Assembly (NCBI GenBank): GCA_004124295.1
Contig: SCKI01000009.1
Coordinates: forward strand, 55,325 to 87,324
Length of the DNA stretch: 32,000 bases
Direction: 5' to 3'
Source of the DNA: Fidelibacterota bacterium
GTDB lineage: Bacteria > Fidelibacterota > Marinisomatia > SCGC-AAA003-L08 > TS1B11
Part shown: piece after piece, positions 17,637-25,479 of the stretch
Layout of the letters: each line of letters begins with the position of its first letter
Position numbering within the stretch: the first letter of the stretch is position 1
Translations under genes and position numbers: made by a program
The notes under the pieces: generated by a model
Told to the model about the DNA's origin: nothing
The model's input: only the letters and a program-made list of their open reading frames with translations
Databases searched by the model: none

Positions 17637-17673
17637 GTTTCCGTTTCCATCGAAACCTGTTCGCTAAATAAGC

Positions 17674-17690
17674 ATCAATATTTATGCCAA
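17674..17690 (-). promoter_or_regulatory. Candidate sigma54 (-24/-12) promoter for the flgB operon
   Basis: The reverse strand reads TTGGCAT-AAATA-TTGAT, against the consensus TGGCAC-N5-TTGCW. Spacing is correct, but the -12 element is GA rather than GC. It lies 38 nt upstream of the flgB ATG, and a sigma54-dependent activator gene is nearby. Confidence 0.4.
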
Positions 17691-17809
17691 ACGGTGCTGT
17701 GGATCACAATTGAGGGGAATGGCCCGGTTTTCCAGGCCGCAGAGGGCCGCTTGGGCCAGTGAGGGGAAAAAGTTACCGCCCGGGGAAGGGGGGAAGATGA
17801 ATACCGTAG

Positions 17810-17869
17810 CAGTGGCCCGTCTACTTCCGGCAGCTGCCGGACTACGCCGGGTAAACAGTGGCAGTTGGC
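17810..17869 (-). repeat. REP-like element (single copy, inverted relative to 19209-19268)
   Basis: The reverse complement GCCAACTGCCACTGTTTACCCGGCGTAGTCCGGCAGCTGCCGGAAGTAGACGGGCCACTG matches 19209-19268 at 57/60. It contains GTAG followed by the palindrome TCCGGC-agct-GCCGGA and a second GTAG. Confidence 0.7.
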
Positions 17870-17894
17870 GGTGAGGGGTCAACCTGCGCCTGTC

Positions 17895-17936
17895 GAGGGA
17901 TGAGGGATGAGGGATGGGGATGTTGGATGAGGGAAA
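17895..17936. repeat. Heptanucleotide microsatellite (GAGGGAT)n, about 6 imperfect units
   Basis: gagggat gagggat gagggat ggggatg ttggat gaggga, read directly from the sequence. Confidence 0.7.
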
Positions 17937-17944
17937 AATGCAAA

Positions 17945-18018
17945 ATGAAGGGAAAGATGAACCGCCAAGCCTGCCCTGAGCTTGCCGAAGGGCCTACCCT
18001 GAGCTCGTCGAAAATGCC
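17945..18018 (+). repeat. Purine-rich leader plus CCGCCAAGCYTGCCCTGAGCT element (direct repeat of 19090-19147, with an internal duplication)
   Basis: atgaagggaaagatgaaCCGCCAAGCCTGCCCTGAGCTTGCCGAAGggcctaCCCTGAGCTCGTCGAAaatgcc compared with atgaagagtgaagatgaagttggaCCGCCAAGCTTGCCCTGAGCTCGTCGAAGttgcc. Confidence 0.7.
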
Positions 18019-18120
18019 TTTCCAGAGCGAATCTACGAATACCGGCCACCGACAGTCCATTATTCCGGGCAGTGGACGGTATCCGCCTGCAGCGGGCCGG
18101 TGATTCCTCGTCCCGGCCGC

Positions 18121-18567
18121 CTACACCTCCAGGCGGTACTTCAGCACCGAGTCGTCATCATAATAGAGCCGCAGCACATGACTGTCAATCCTGTACGAAT
18201 GAGATTGAGGAAGTGCCAGGTAGTAGGTGTCTTCATTATGATGGAGCTCGTTCGATAAACAGCCCCTTAGCGTCGTGAGAATACTGCCGATCTCCAACGC
18301 GCCATTTTCCGAAACCATATAAGTGGCCCCGTATTGATTGCAAAAGGAATCACCACTCAGCCGACTATCATCTGAAAATTGGATGGTCACAAACCGGGCG
18401 GGGCCAACCAGGATAATGGGCTCTCCGGGCGCAAAAATGGATTCGAGGGTCCACACGTTGTCCAACAGGTCGGCGTCGGGGAGCGGCTCCTGACAGCCAG
18501 AGAATAGGGCGAGGCATAAAAGTGCGCTGGGGAGTAGAAATCCCGCGCGTGCGCTAATGGTGTTCAT
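18121..18567 (-). CDS. META-domain (HslJ-like) lipoprotein
   Basis: From the internal Met: MNTISARAGFLLPSALLCLALFSGC (lipobox LFSGC). The META pattern follows: VWTLESI...VTIQFSDDSRLSGDSFCNQYGATYMVSENGALEIGSILTTLRGC...YRIDSHVLRLY. The longer ORF-track start at 18711 overlaps the upstream gene and was rejected. Confidence 0.75.
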   Translation of the reverse strand: MNTISARAGFLLPSALLCLALFSGCQEPLPDADLLDNVWTLESIFAPGEPIILVGPARFVTIQFSDDSRLSGDSFCNQYGATYMVSENGALEIGSILTTLRGCLSNELHHNEDTYYLALPQSHSYRIDSHVLRLYYDDDSVLKYRLEV

Positions 18568-18574
18568 GGCAAAC

Positions 18575-19009
18575 CTATCGGGGGCTGAGCTTGATCTTAT
18601 ACCGACCCCAAAAGTCGTCGAGCATGAGCACGTTTTCATCAAGCGTAAATCGATCGGCCGCTTCCAAGGCAAGAACGAAACGCCCCTCCAGAATGCTCCT
18701 CCTCCCGCCACACGCCATCTCTGTTTGGGATAAAAAGGTCACGGACAGTGTCCAGCCCCCCAGCATGGCATAGACGCCGCTGAAATGGTTGCACGGTGTA
18801 CTGGCGCCAACGTCCCAATCATCGAGGAAATGAACGATCATGGTTGTATCCGGGCCGGGTCTGATCGTCTCCTCAGGGGTCCAAAGTTTGTCCACCTGCC
18901 ATGCAGTGCCCAGCAAGGCTTCATCCATCAACGGTGCGCGGGTCAGGTCACATCCGGCTGCCAGGAACCAAACCGTCACAGGGAGAAAAAGCGTATGGGC
19001 AACTCTCAT
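18575..19009 (-). CDS. META-domain (HslJ-like) lipoprotein, paralogue of the downstream gene
   Basis: Signal peptide plus lipobox (VWFLAAGC). META pattern: AWQVDKLW...MIVHFLDDWDVGASTPCNHFSGVYAMLGGWTLSVTFLSQTEMACGG...FTLDENVLML. Confidence 0.75.
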   Translation of the reverse strand: MRVAHTLFLPVTVWFLAAGCDLTRAPLMDEALLGTAWQVDKLWTPEETIRPGPDTTMIVHFLDDWDVGASTPCNHFSGVYAMLGGWTLSVTFLSQTEMACGGRRSILEGRFVLALEAADRFTLDENVLMLDDFWGRYKIKLSPR

Positions 19010-19089
19010 AGTGGGATAGTCGGCTATTCAGGGGCAAAAGTCAAGGAAAGGGTGAAGGGTGCGGGAAAATGTTAATTGTCGATTGATAA

Positions 19090-19147
19090 ATGAAGAGTGA
19101 AGATGAAGTTGGACCGCCAAGCTTGCCCTGAGCTCGTCGAAGTTGCC
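19090..19147 (+). repeat. Purine-rich leader plus CCGCCAAGCTTGCCCTGAGCTCGTCGAAG element (direct repeat of 17945-18018)
   Basis: See the feature at 17945-18018. Same orientation on both sides of the META gene pair. Confidence 0.7.
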
Positions 19148-19160
19148 CGGAGGCATAGGG

Positions 19161-19195
19161 AGGACTAAGGACTAAGGACCAAGGACCAAGGACTG
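19161..19195. repeat. Heptanucleotide microsatellite (AGGACYA)n, 5 units
   Basis: aggacta aggacta aggacca aggacca aggact, read directly from the sequence. Confidence 0.75.
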
Positions 19196-19208
19196 CATCC
19201 CGAAACTT

Positions 19209-19345
19209 GCCAACTGCCACTGTGTACCCGGCGTAGTCCGGCCGTTGCCGGAAGTAGACGGGCCACTGTTTACCCGGCGTAGTCCGTCCCGAAGGTTCGG
19301 GATCGGAAGTAGACGGGCCACTGTGTACCCGGCGTATCCCGGCCG
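19209..19345 (+). repeat. Tandem REP/BIME-like elements, 2 full units plus 1 truncated (unit starts 19217, 19263, 19318)
   Basis: Each unit is CCACTGTKTACCCGGCGTAG, then a hairpin, then GGAAGTAGACGGG. The central hairpins differ but remain self-complementary (TCCGGC-cgtt-GCCGGA; TCCCGA-aggt-TCGGGA). The truncated third unit runs up to the stop codon of the activator gene at 19349. Confidence 0.7.
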
Positions 19346-19348
19346 CCC

Positions 19349-20722
19349 TCAGGAGATCGAAGCGGCGCCTGCACCGGGGCCGTACTGCTTAAGTTTGTTG
19401 CGCAGGGTCTTCACGGAGATGTCCAGGATCCGGGCCGCCTGGGTCCGGTTCTGGCCGGTGCCCTCCAGCGTCGCCAGGATGGCCTCCCGCTCCACGTCGG
19501 CTATGGTTCGGGTCCCGTTGAACAGCTCCTTGCTGAGCCCCTCATCCTTAAGCACCGGCGGAAAGAAGTGCGCCATGGTGAGGCTCTCGGCAGCCCCGGC
19601 GAAAAGGATCGCCCGCTCGGTGGTGTTTTTTATCTCGCGGACATTGCCCGGCCAATCGTAGGCCTCCAGCTTGCGCAGGGTCTCCGGTTCGATGGATTTT
19701 TTCGGCTGGCCGTACTTGTCACTGAAATGGGCCGTAAAGTGCTCCAGCAGGATGGGAATATCGCCCGTCCGCTCGCGTACCGGCGGCACCAGCACGGGCA
19801 CCACATTCAGGCGATAGTAGAGGTCCTCCCGGAATTTGCCGGACCGCACCAGTTCCTGAATGTTCTGGTTGGTGGTGGCGATAATGCGCACGTCCACCTT
19901 GATGGTCTTGTGGCTGCCCACCTTGTTAAGCTGGTGCTCCTGGAGCACGCGCAGCAGTTTGGCCTGCAGGCCCACCGGAATTTCGCTGATCTCATCCAGC
20001 AGCAGGGTACCGCCGTCGGCCTCCTCAAACAGCCCTTTGGTGGTCTTGCTGGCGCCGGTGAAGGCCCCCTGCACATGACCAAACAGGGTGCTCTCCATCA
20101 AATTCTCCGGGATGGCGGCGCAGTTGGTCTGCAGGAACGGCCCGTCGGCACGGTCGCTCCGGCGGTGGACGGCGGAGGCCACCAGCTCCTTGCCGGTGCC
20201 GCTCTCCCCCTGGATAAACACCGGGGCGTCACTGTTGCTTACCATGTCGATGATGCCCAGCACGGCCTGCAGCTCCCCGCTTTCTCCCAGCATGTCGGCC
20301 ACCGCTTCGGTCGATCTGATCTTGGCCTTGAGCTGCCGGTTCTCCCGGCGCAATGAATGCAGCTCGAAGTAGCGGCTGAAACGTGATTCGATTTCGGTGA
20401 TGGAGAACGGCTTGGTGAGGTAGTCGAAGGCGCCCAGCTTCATGGCCTCCACGGCGGTCTCCACCGTGCCGTAGGCGGTAATCATGATCATGCCGGGGGG
20501 CTCCTCCAGGGTGCCGATGTCCTTCAGCAGGGCCAGACCGTCCTTCTTGGGCATTTTGAGGTCGGATAGGACGAGGTCCGGGGGCGACTCCTTAATCGAC
20601 TCCCAGGCCTCCTGGCCGTCGTTGGCCATCACCACCTCATAGCCCTTCCCCTCCAGGGTTTCCTGCAGAAACAGGCGAATGTAATTATCGTCGTCGACGA
20701 CCAGAATCCGATGTTTTTTCAT
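19349..20722 (-). CDS. Sigma54-dependent response regulator, NtrC family (FlrC/FleR/FlgR-like flagellar activator by context)
   Basis: REC domain: ILVVDDDNY, LVLSDLKMPKKDG, LTKPF. AAA+ domain: Walker A GESGTGKE, sigma54-contact loop GAFTGA, Walker B LLLDEI. C-terminal Fis-type HTH: RTQAARILDISVKTLRNKLKQYG. Confidence 0.93.
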   Translation of the reverse strand: MKKHRILVVDDDNYIRLFLQETLEGKGYEVVMANDGQEAWESIKESPPDLVLSDLKMPKKDGLALLKDIGTLEEPPGMIMITAYGTVETAVEAMKLGAFDYLTKPFSITEIESRFSRYFELHSLRRENRQLKAKIRSTEAVADMLGESGELQAVLGIIDMVSNSDAPVFIQGESGTGKELVASAVHRRSDRADGPFLQTNCAAIPENLMESTLFGHVQGAFTGASKTTKGLFEEADGGTLLLDEISEIPVGLQAKLLRVLQEHQLNKVGSHKTIKVDVRIIATTNQNIQELVRSGKFREDLYYRLNVVPVLVPPVRERTGDIPILLEHFTAHFSDKYGQPKKSIEPETLRKLEAYDWPGNVREIKNTTERAILFAGAAESLTMAHFFPPVLKDEGLSKELFNGTRTIADVEREAILATLEGTGQNRTQAARILDISVKTLRNKLKQYGPGAGAASIS

Positions 20723-20759
20723 CAGCTTCCCTTAGCAGATTTTAACGGCCCGGAGGCGT

Positions 20760-21932
20760 TCACAGCGGCAAACTCAGGCGCATTGCCATGCCACTATCGG
20801 CTGCTGATTGCAGCTCCGCCGAACCACCCAATGTTTCCATAATCCTGCGTACCTGCACCAATCCCAAACCCAGATGCCCGGACTTGGACGTGAAAAATGG
20901 CACCCACCAGTCGGCCGTATCCTGCTCGCCGGCTCCCATTCCATGGTCGCGGATGGTGATCACCACCACCCCCTCAGCCAAGGCTGCCGATACGGCCAGG
21001 TCCCCTGGGCCGGGTGTTTCCAGGGCCTCGATGGCGTTTTCCAGCGACCGCTGGATGGCCTCCCGCACCAGCTCCGGATCGGTGACCAACTGGACATCCT
21101 TCTCCAGCAGGGTCAGGGCAATGATATCGCCCGCCAGGTCGTTGCCGCTGCTGAAGGCCGCCACCACCTCCTCCAGGAAACCGTTCAGGTTGACCTTGAT
21201 CCAGTGGGGCTCTATGATTTCCCGGAAGACGGTGCCCAGCGCGGAGGCCAGCAGGTTCAAACGGTCGATGCCGTGGCGGATGAACTGCAGCTTGTCGGTT
21301 TCCCCGGGATCCAGACCCTGGACCTGCAGCAGCAGCTCGGCAAATCCCTGCATCGAGGTGAGGGGGGTGCGGATTTCGTGGACCAGGGTGCCGGTGAGGT
21401 TTTTCAATATCTGGTTTTCCACATCGCGCAGGTGATCGAGCTCCAGGTCCTGGGCCACCAGCAGCAGCAGGCGTCCCTTTTCGATGGGGTTGTCAAGGTA
21501 GATGCAGTCGTACACGCCGGCGCTGCCTCCCACCTGCAGCTTAACGTCGACGGCACTTTGCGAACTGGTTTCGCTGATGAGCCGGGTGAAGTTTTCCAGT
21601 ACCGGCGCCGTGAGGACCTGCCCCAGAGCCGTCTGGCCGTCAAGCCGGAAGGCCCGCTGGGCCTCGTCATTGGCAGTGATGACCTCCAGGTCCTGGTTCA
21701 GCACCAGGGATGCCTGGGACAGCCCGCCCACCAGGGTGCCCATGAGGTGCAGCGGCGCCAGATTGGGCAGTTCCAGACCTGCGGATTCGCTCACCGTTTC
21801 CCAGACCGGTTCCGAGCCGGCGAGGAGCTCCTGTTCGAGCTGGTGATAGGCGGATTGCACCTCTGCGGCAGCCAGCCTGAACTGCTCTACCAGCTGCTCC
21901 AGGGAGGCGCTAGATTCGAGCTTACGGGTCAA
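20760..21932 (-). CDS. Cytoplasmic sensor histidine kinase with PAS-like N-terminal domain (FlrB/FleS/FlgS-like by context)
   Basis: H-box LVHEIRTPLTSMQGFAELL. HATPase_c motifs SLENAIEAL, IRDHGMGAG and GHLGLGL. No TM segment. PAS-like stretch ASLVLNQDLEVITANDEAQRAF. Confidence 0.9.
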   Translation of the reverse strand: MTRKLESSASLEQLVEQFRLAAAEVQSAYHQLEQELLAGSEPVWETVSESAGLELPNLAPLHLMGTLVGGLSQASLVLNQDLEVITANDEAQRAFRLDGQTALGQVLTAPVLENFTRLISETSSQSAVDVKLQVGGSAGVYDCIYLDNPIEKGRLLLLVAQDLELDHLRDVENQILKNLTGTLVHEIRTPLTSMQGFAELLLQVQGLDPGETDKLQFIRHGIDRLNLLASALGTVFREIIEPHWIKVNLNGFLEEVVAAFSSGNDLAGDIIALTLLEKDVQLVTDPELVREAIQRSLENAIEALETPGPGDLAVSAALAEGVVVITIRDHGMGAGEQDTADWWVPFFTSKSGHLGLGLVQVRRIMETLGGSAELQSAADSGMAMRLSLPL

Positions 21933-22602
21933 GATTTTCCTCCGGCGGTTCGCTCTGCGGCCCGGCGGGATCCTCCTCTGCCGGAAGGGACGGTTTCCGG
22001 GCGCCGGTGGGGATCATGGCGGACTGCACCTGCCGAGTGTACCTGGCTATCGCCTCGGCTCCGGGCTCGCTCAGGATGACCCCGCTGCCGGGGGTCGTTT
22101 TCTTCTCGGGCTCCTCGGGCGGGGGAGGCTCGGGGGGGTGGCGGGCCGCCTCCAGTTGGACCTCCAGCTCCGCTACCCGCGCGGTCAGGGAGGATATTTC
22201 CGCCCGCAGGGCAATTTCCCGCCGGGCCCGGTCGATAACCATGTCCAGCTGCTCCAGCCGGAAAGGCTTCACCAGGTAGTCGAAGGTTTCCTCGTAAAGA
22301 CCTTCCAGAAGCTGGTTAAGGCTGGGATAGCCGGTCATGGCGATGACGATACGGTCCGGATCGGCCGCCTTCAGGGAGCGGGCCAGGGCAACGCCGTCCA
22401 GCCCTTGGACAGAGGTATCTATGAGGGCAATGGAAGTGGGATGCTCTTTGCTGAGCTGGCGGGTCTCATCCGCACTTTGGGTCGTGAAGACCTCCCAGCC
22501 GCGGTCCTGGAGTTGCAGGGTCAACGCCCGGATGACAATTTTGTCATCTTCGACTATCAGAATGGTGTTGGCCGGGGCCGGGGCCGGCCCAAGGTCAGTC
22601 AT
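21922..22602 (-). CDS. Response regulator with REC domain, coiled coil and proline-rich tail (no recognisable output domain)
   Basis: ILIVEDDKI, IALIDTSVQGLDG, IAMTGY and LVKPF give a complete REC signature. This is followed by ISSLTARVAELEVQLEAA and PPEPPPPEEPEKK. Confidence 0.85.
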   Translation of the reverse strand: MTDLGPAPAPANTILIVEDDKIVIRALTLQLQDRGWEVFTTQSADETRQLSKEHPTSIALIDTSVQGLDGVALARSLKAADPDRIVIAMTGYPSLNQLLEGLYEETFDYLVKPFRLEQLDMVIDRARREIALRAEISSLTARVAELEVQLEAARHPPEPPPPEEPEKKTTPGSGVILSEPGAEAIARYTRQVQSAMIPTGARKPSLPAEEDPAGPQSEPPEENLDP

Positions 22603-24016
22603 CCTGGGCAGCGTCTGCTGCGGCCAGGCGGGCGGCTTCTTTCTGGATGGTATTCATGAGCCGGAACCATACCAGGCTAAGCAACCGGGTGGCAGATTCT
22701 GAGTCGCTGGGCCAGACTGCCGAGGCAAAGAGCATCTGGGGCTCCACCTCGCCCGGCCCGCCTTGGGGGAGGTCATGTCCTCTGTGCAGATAATCGGTGA
22801 CGATAGCCATGGAGGTGACATCCGCCTCAACCTGGGTCGCGTTGGGATAAATCAGCAGGGCGGTATCGGCACCCAGCCAGTGCAGTTCCGTATCCTGTTC
22901 GTGCCGGGCAACAAGGTCCGCGACGGCGCTATGGAAGGCCCCCAGGTCGTCCTCCTCATGCCACTCACGGGGTATCGCCAAGCGTACCAGGGTCAGCGCC
23001 AGCCGCTGCTCACCTTTTTCCAGAGCCAGCTCTATGCGGCTGTCCAGGATTCGTCGGCTGTTGGTGAGATAGCCTTTGCCGGCCGGCGCCGGGCCCGGTC
23101 CCCGGGACTGGAATACCTGTGGCGCCAACTGGGTGGCCAGAATCCCCAACAGGATTTGTTGGTCACTGCTGAGCGCCGCGCCACCCGCAGGCTGCAGCAC
23201 GACAAAATAGCCCAGCAGTTCTTCCCGGTAGTTGATGGGCGCGAACAGCGCAGCTTCAAATTTCTCATTCTTGGAGGAGAGCGTTTTCAGGATATCGGCG
23301 CCGCCGTTTTCACGGTCCAGCTTAATCGCATCGGGCCCGGGTACCCGCTCGGCCAGTGCCGCCCAGTTCACTTTGGCCAGCTTGGCCTCCGCAGGCGAGC
23401 CGGCGGGCATATTCACCTTGGCGGGGGAAAAAACCCCGTCCGCCGACCGCAGAATCAGGGCGCTGTGGGTCATGCCTAAGCCGATAGCCAGCGTATCCAG
23501 GGCGAATTCGATGGCCATATCGAAATCATCGGTATCGTAGATCAGGCGGGAAATGTCGTGGAGGGTGGTCATATCCTTCAGCAGGCTGTGCACGGTTTCG
23601 TACAGCTCCCGGTTCTCCCGCTCCAGGTACTGCTCGGTCAGCGCCTGCTCCACTACCTGCCCGAGCTGGCGCAGATCGAACGGCTTGTGGAGGTAGGCAT
23701 AAACCTGCAGATGCACCGACTCGATGGCCGAATCGAGGGTCGCATAGCCGGTGAGTATGATAACCCGCGTGTCGCTTCCGCGGTCGTGGACGGCCCGGGT
23801 GATATCCATGCCCGAAATGTCAGGCATGCGCAAGTCGGTGAGCACCAGATCGATCTCTTCAGCCTTGATCACTTCCAGGGCCTCGGCGGGATCAATGAAC
23901 GGCAGAATCTCGTACCCCAGGGCAGTGAGGTGCTGGGAGATGGCCTCAACGATGAACTTTTCATCATCGATAACCAATATGCGCACCTGCGTATCCAAAC
24001 TCTCTGCGCCTGGCAT
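22595..24016 (-). CDS. Response regulator REC-GAF with a C-terminal degenerate GGDEF-like domain
   Basis: REC: ILVIDDEKF, LVLTDLRMPDISG, IILTGY, LHKPF. GAF-like: LHDISRLIYDTDDFDMAIEFALDTL...ALFAPINYREELLGYFVVLQ...LLGILATQLA. The C-terminus follows the GGDEF layout, but the signature position reads LGADTALLIY, so it is predicted to be catalytically inactive. Confidence 0.7.
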   Translation of the reverse strand: MPGAESLDTQVRILVIDDEKFIVEAISQHLTALGYEILPFIDPAEALEVIKAEEIDLVLTDLRMPDISGMDITRAVHDRGSDTRVIILTGYATLDSAIESVHLQVYAYLHKPFDLRQLGQVVEQALTEQYLERENRELYETVHSLLKDMTTLHDISRLIYDTDDFDMAIEFALDTLAIGLGMTHSALILRSADGVFSPAKVNMPAGSPAEAKLAKVNWAALAERVPGPDAIKLDRENGGADILKTLSSKNEKFEAALFAPINYREELLGYFVVLQPAGGAALSSDQQILLGILATQLAPQVFQSRGPGPAPAGKGYLTNSRRILDSRIELALEKGEQRLALTLVRLAIPREWHEEDDLGAFHSAVADLVARHEQDTELHWLGADTALLIYPNATQVEADVTSMAIVTDYLHRGHDLPQGGPGEVEPQMLFASAVWPSDSESATRLLSLVWFRLMNTIQKEAARLAAADAAQDD

Positions 24017-24019
24017 GGG

Positions 24020-25477
24020 TTAGGCTTTTTTCCGCAAGGCTTGCTCCAGCGGCCCGTAGCTCAATATATCGCCGGCCCGGTAAATCAACAAATTGTGCCG
24101 CTCCTTCTTCATCAGCATGTTGGTATCACCGATGCCGAGCGCCACTTCGGGATAGATGGTATCCTGAATGCGGATACTCTCGGATTCGGTCTCCTCATCG
24201 GGCTTTTCCCGTTCGTGCTGTTCCAGCTCTGCCTCCAGCTGGGCGTGCCGTTTATGTTCATGCAGCAGCACGGTCTCTTTTCTCTCCAGCTCATTATACT
24301 GGATTTCCTTGTCCGGGGTCAGGGTGCCCATGCGCTGCTTGAGGATTTTAAGAAACGACAGCCGCTTCTGAATATAGGCCAGCTCCATCCGGTTGCGCCG
24401 CTGATCGGTGCGCAGCTGGTACTTCTCCTTGGTCTGCGCATGGGGCGGTGTGAAACCTACCTTCAGCTCCGTCGCCGTCCTGTTTTCCGAGCCGGCAACC
24501 CGCACGTGAATCTTTTTCTCGGCGAAGGCCGTACCGCCTCTGATCAGGCCCTCATTGCTGATCACCAGGAGATATCTGCCGGCGGTGACAGCGCTGTTAA
24601 TGATATAGCGGCCAACCTCGACGTTTTCCTTGGCGCCGATGGTGGCATCCTGGATGAACCCGGCCACGATGTTTGAGCCGGCCAGGATACGGGCCTTGGA
24701 ATGGCCGATAATGCCGTTGCGAACCCAGATGCTGCCACTGCGGGAATAGACGTCGGCCCCCTCAATATTGCCGCCAATGAATATATCGCCCATCGCTTCC
24801 ACGCGCATGCCCGAACGGACATCCTGTTCGATATAAACGGCGGTATCGGCCATGATGTCGCCGGTGGTTGAATCGACGCTTCCAGCGATGTGCTGCATTT
24901 CCGTCACGGCCACGCCGACCCCATCCCAGTGGGCGATGCCGGCCCTGGCGGCCATGAGGGTCAGGCCATCATTGGACAGGACCGTGCCCTCCCCTTTGGG
25001 CATGGCGATATCGTTGCCGGTGACGATCACCGATTTGCCGAAAATATTCATGCCCTCGGAGCCTTCGGTGGGGGGCAATTTGGAAAGGATTTGGTCGCCC
25101 TTCCCCACTTTCGTAAATATCTGCAGGTGCCGGCCGCTGCCGATCAGGTCGGTAATATCCTGGGGGCTGGCGCCATCCTCGGAGATATCGTTCCAGATCA
25201 GGCGGGCGTGTCCCCCATCACTGGGCTCGTCACCCTTGGCAAAGATAAGGGCTTTCCCGCGGACCTGCTCCTTGACCAGTTTATCGATGGCCTTGTCGTT
25301 GATGCCGTAACTCACCTTGGCCTTCTCAATGGCCAGATGAATCTGCTTCAGGGTAGGGAAAGATCCCGCATCGTCGGGAACGTAGAGGGCGGCGGCATAG
25401 CCGTCGTTGAGCACCTTGACGTGGACGACAGTGCCATTTTCCTGATCAACCGGATCGCTTCTGAAGGTTTCCGCCAT
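24020..25477 (-). CDS. FapA/DUF342-family protein (flagellar assembly protein A-like)
   Basis: N-terminal FapA_N-like pattern VHVKVLNDGYAAALYVPDD...LKQIHLAIEKAKVSYGINDKAIDKLV. Central beta-helix repeats (GDIFIGGNIEGADVYSRSGSIWVRNGIIGHSKARILAGSNIVAGFIQDATIGAKENVEVG). Then a coiled coil and the terminal IRIQDTIYPEVALGIGD block. Confidence 0.8.
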   Translation of the reverse strand: MAETFRSDPVDQENGTVVHVKVLNDGYAAALYVPDDAGSFPTLKQIHLAIEKAKVSYGINDKAIDKLVKEQVRGKALIFAKGDEPSDGGHARLIWNDISEDGASPQDITDLIGSGRHLQIFTKVGKGDQILSKLPPTEGSEGMNIFGKSVIVTGNDIAMPKGEGTVLSNDGLTLMAARAGIAHWDGVGVAVTEMQHIAGSVDSTTGDIMADTAVYIEQDVRSGMRVEAMGDIFIGGNIEGADVYSRSGSIWVRNGIIGHSKARILAGSNIVAGFIQDATIGAKENVEVGRYIINSAVTAGRYLLVISNEGLIRGGTAFAEKKIHVRVAGSENRTATELKVGFTPPHAQTKEKYQLRTDQRRNRMELAYIQKRLSFLKILKQRMGTLTPDKEIQYNELERKETVLLHEHKRHAQLEAELEQHEREKPDEETESESIRIQDTIYPEVALGIGDTNMLMKKERHNLLIYRAGDILSYGPLEQALRKKA

Positions 25478-25479
25478 GA

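Noticed and set aside
17682-17882. 66-aa minus ORF, and the 138-aa plus ORF at 19245-19661, both containing TRRSP...GSRRAT
   Set aside because: The shared peptide is just the translated REP-like repeat. The second ORF is also antisense to the NtrC-like gene.
18568-18711. Longer 196-aa version of the downstream META gene, overlapping the upstream META gene by 137 nt
   Set aside because: The internal Met at 18567 gives a canonical signal peptide plus lipobox and leaves a 7-nt gap to the upstream stop. The extension has no signal-like features.
17810-19268. Invertible phase-variation switch, suggested by inverted repeats flanking a segment next to flagellar genes
   Set aside because: No recombinase gene lies in or beside the segment. 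The candidate flgB promoter lies outside the repeats, so inversion would not switch the flagellar operon. The repeats look like members of a REP-like family. Only long-read evidence could revive this idea.
19287-19302. tRNA T-arm-like string GGTTCGGGATC (possible tRNA fragment or att site)
   Set aside because: It is simply the central hairpin TCCCGA-aggt-TCGGGA of one repeat unit. No acceptor, anticodon or D-arm context is present.
19209-19345. Mini CRISPR array
   Set aside because: There are only 2.5 units. The variable parts are 4-nt hairpin loops plus stems rather than 30-nt spacers. No cas genes are present, and an inverted solo copy lies 1.4 kb away.
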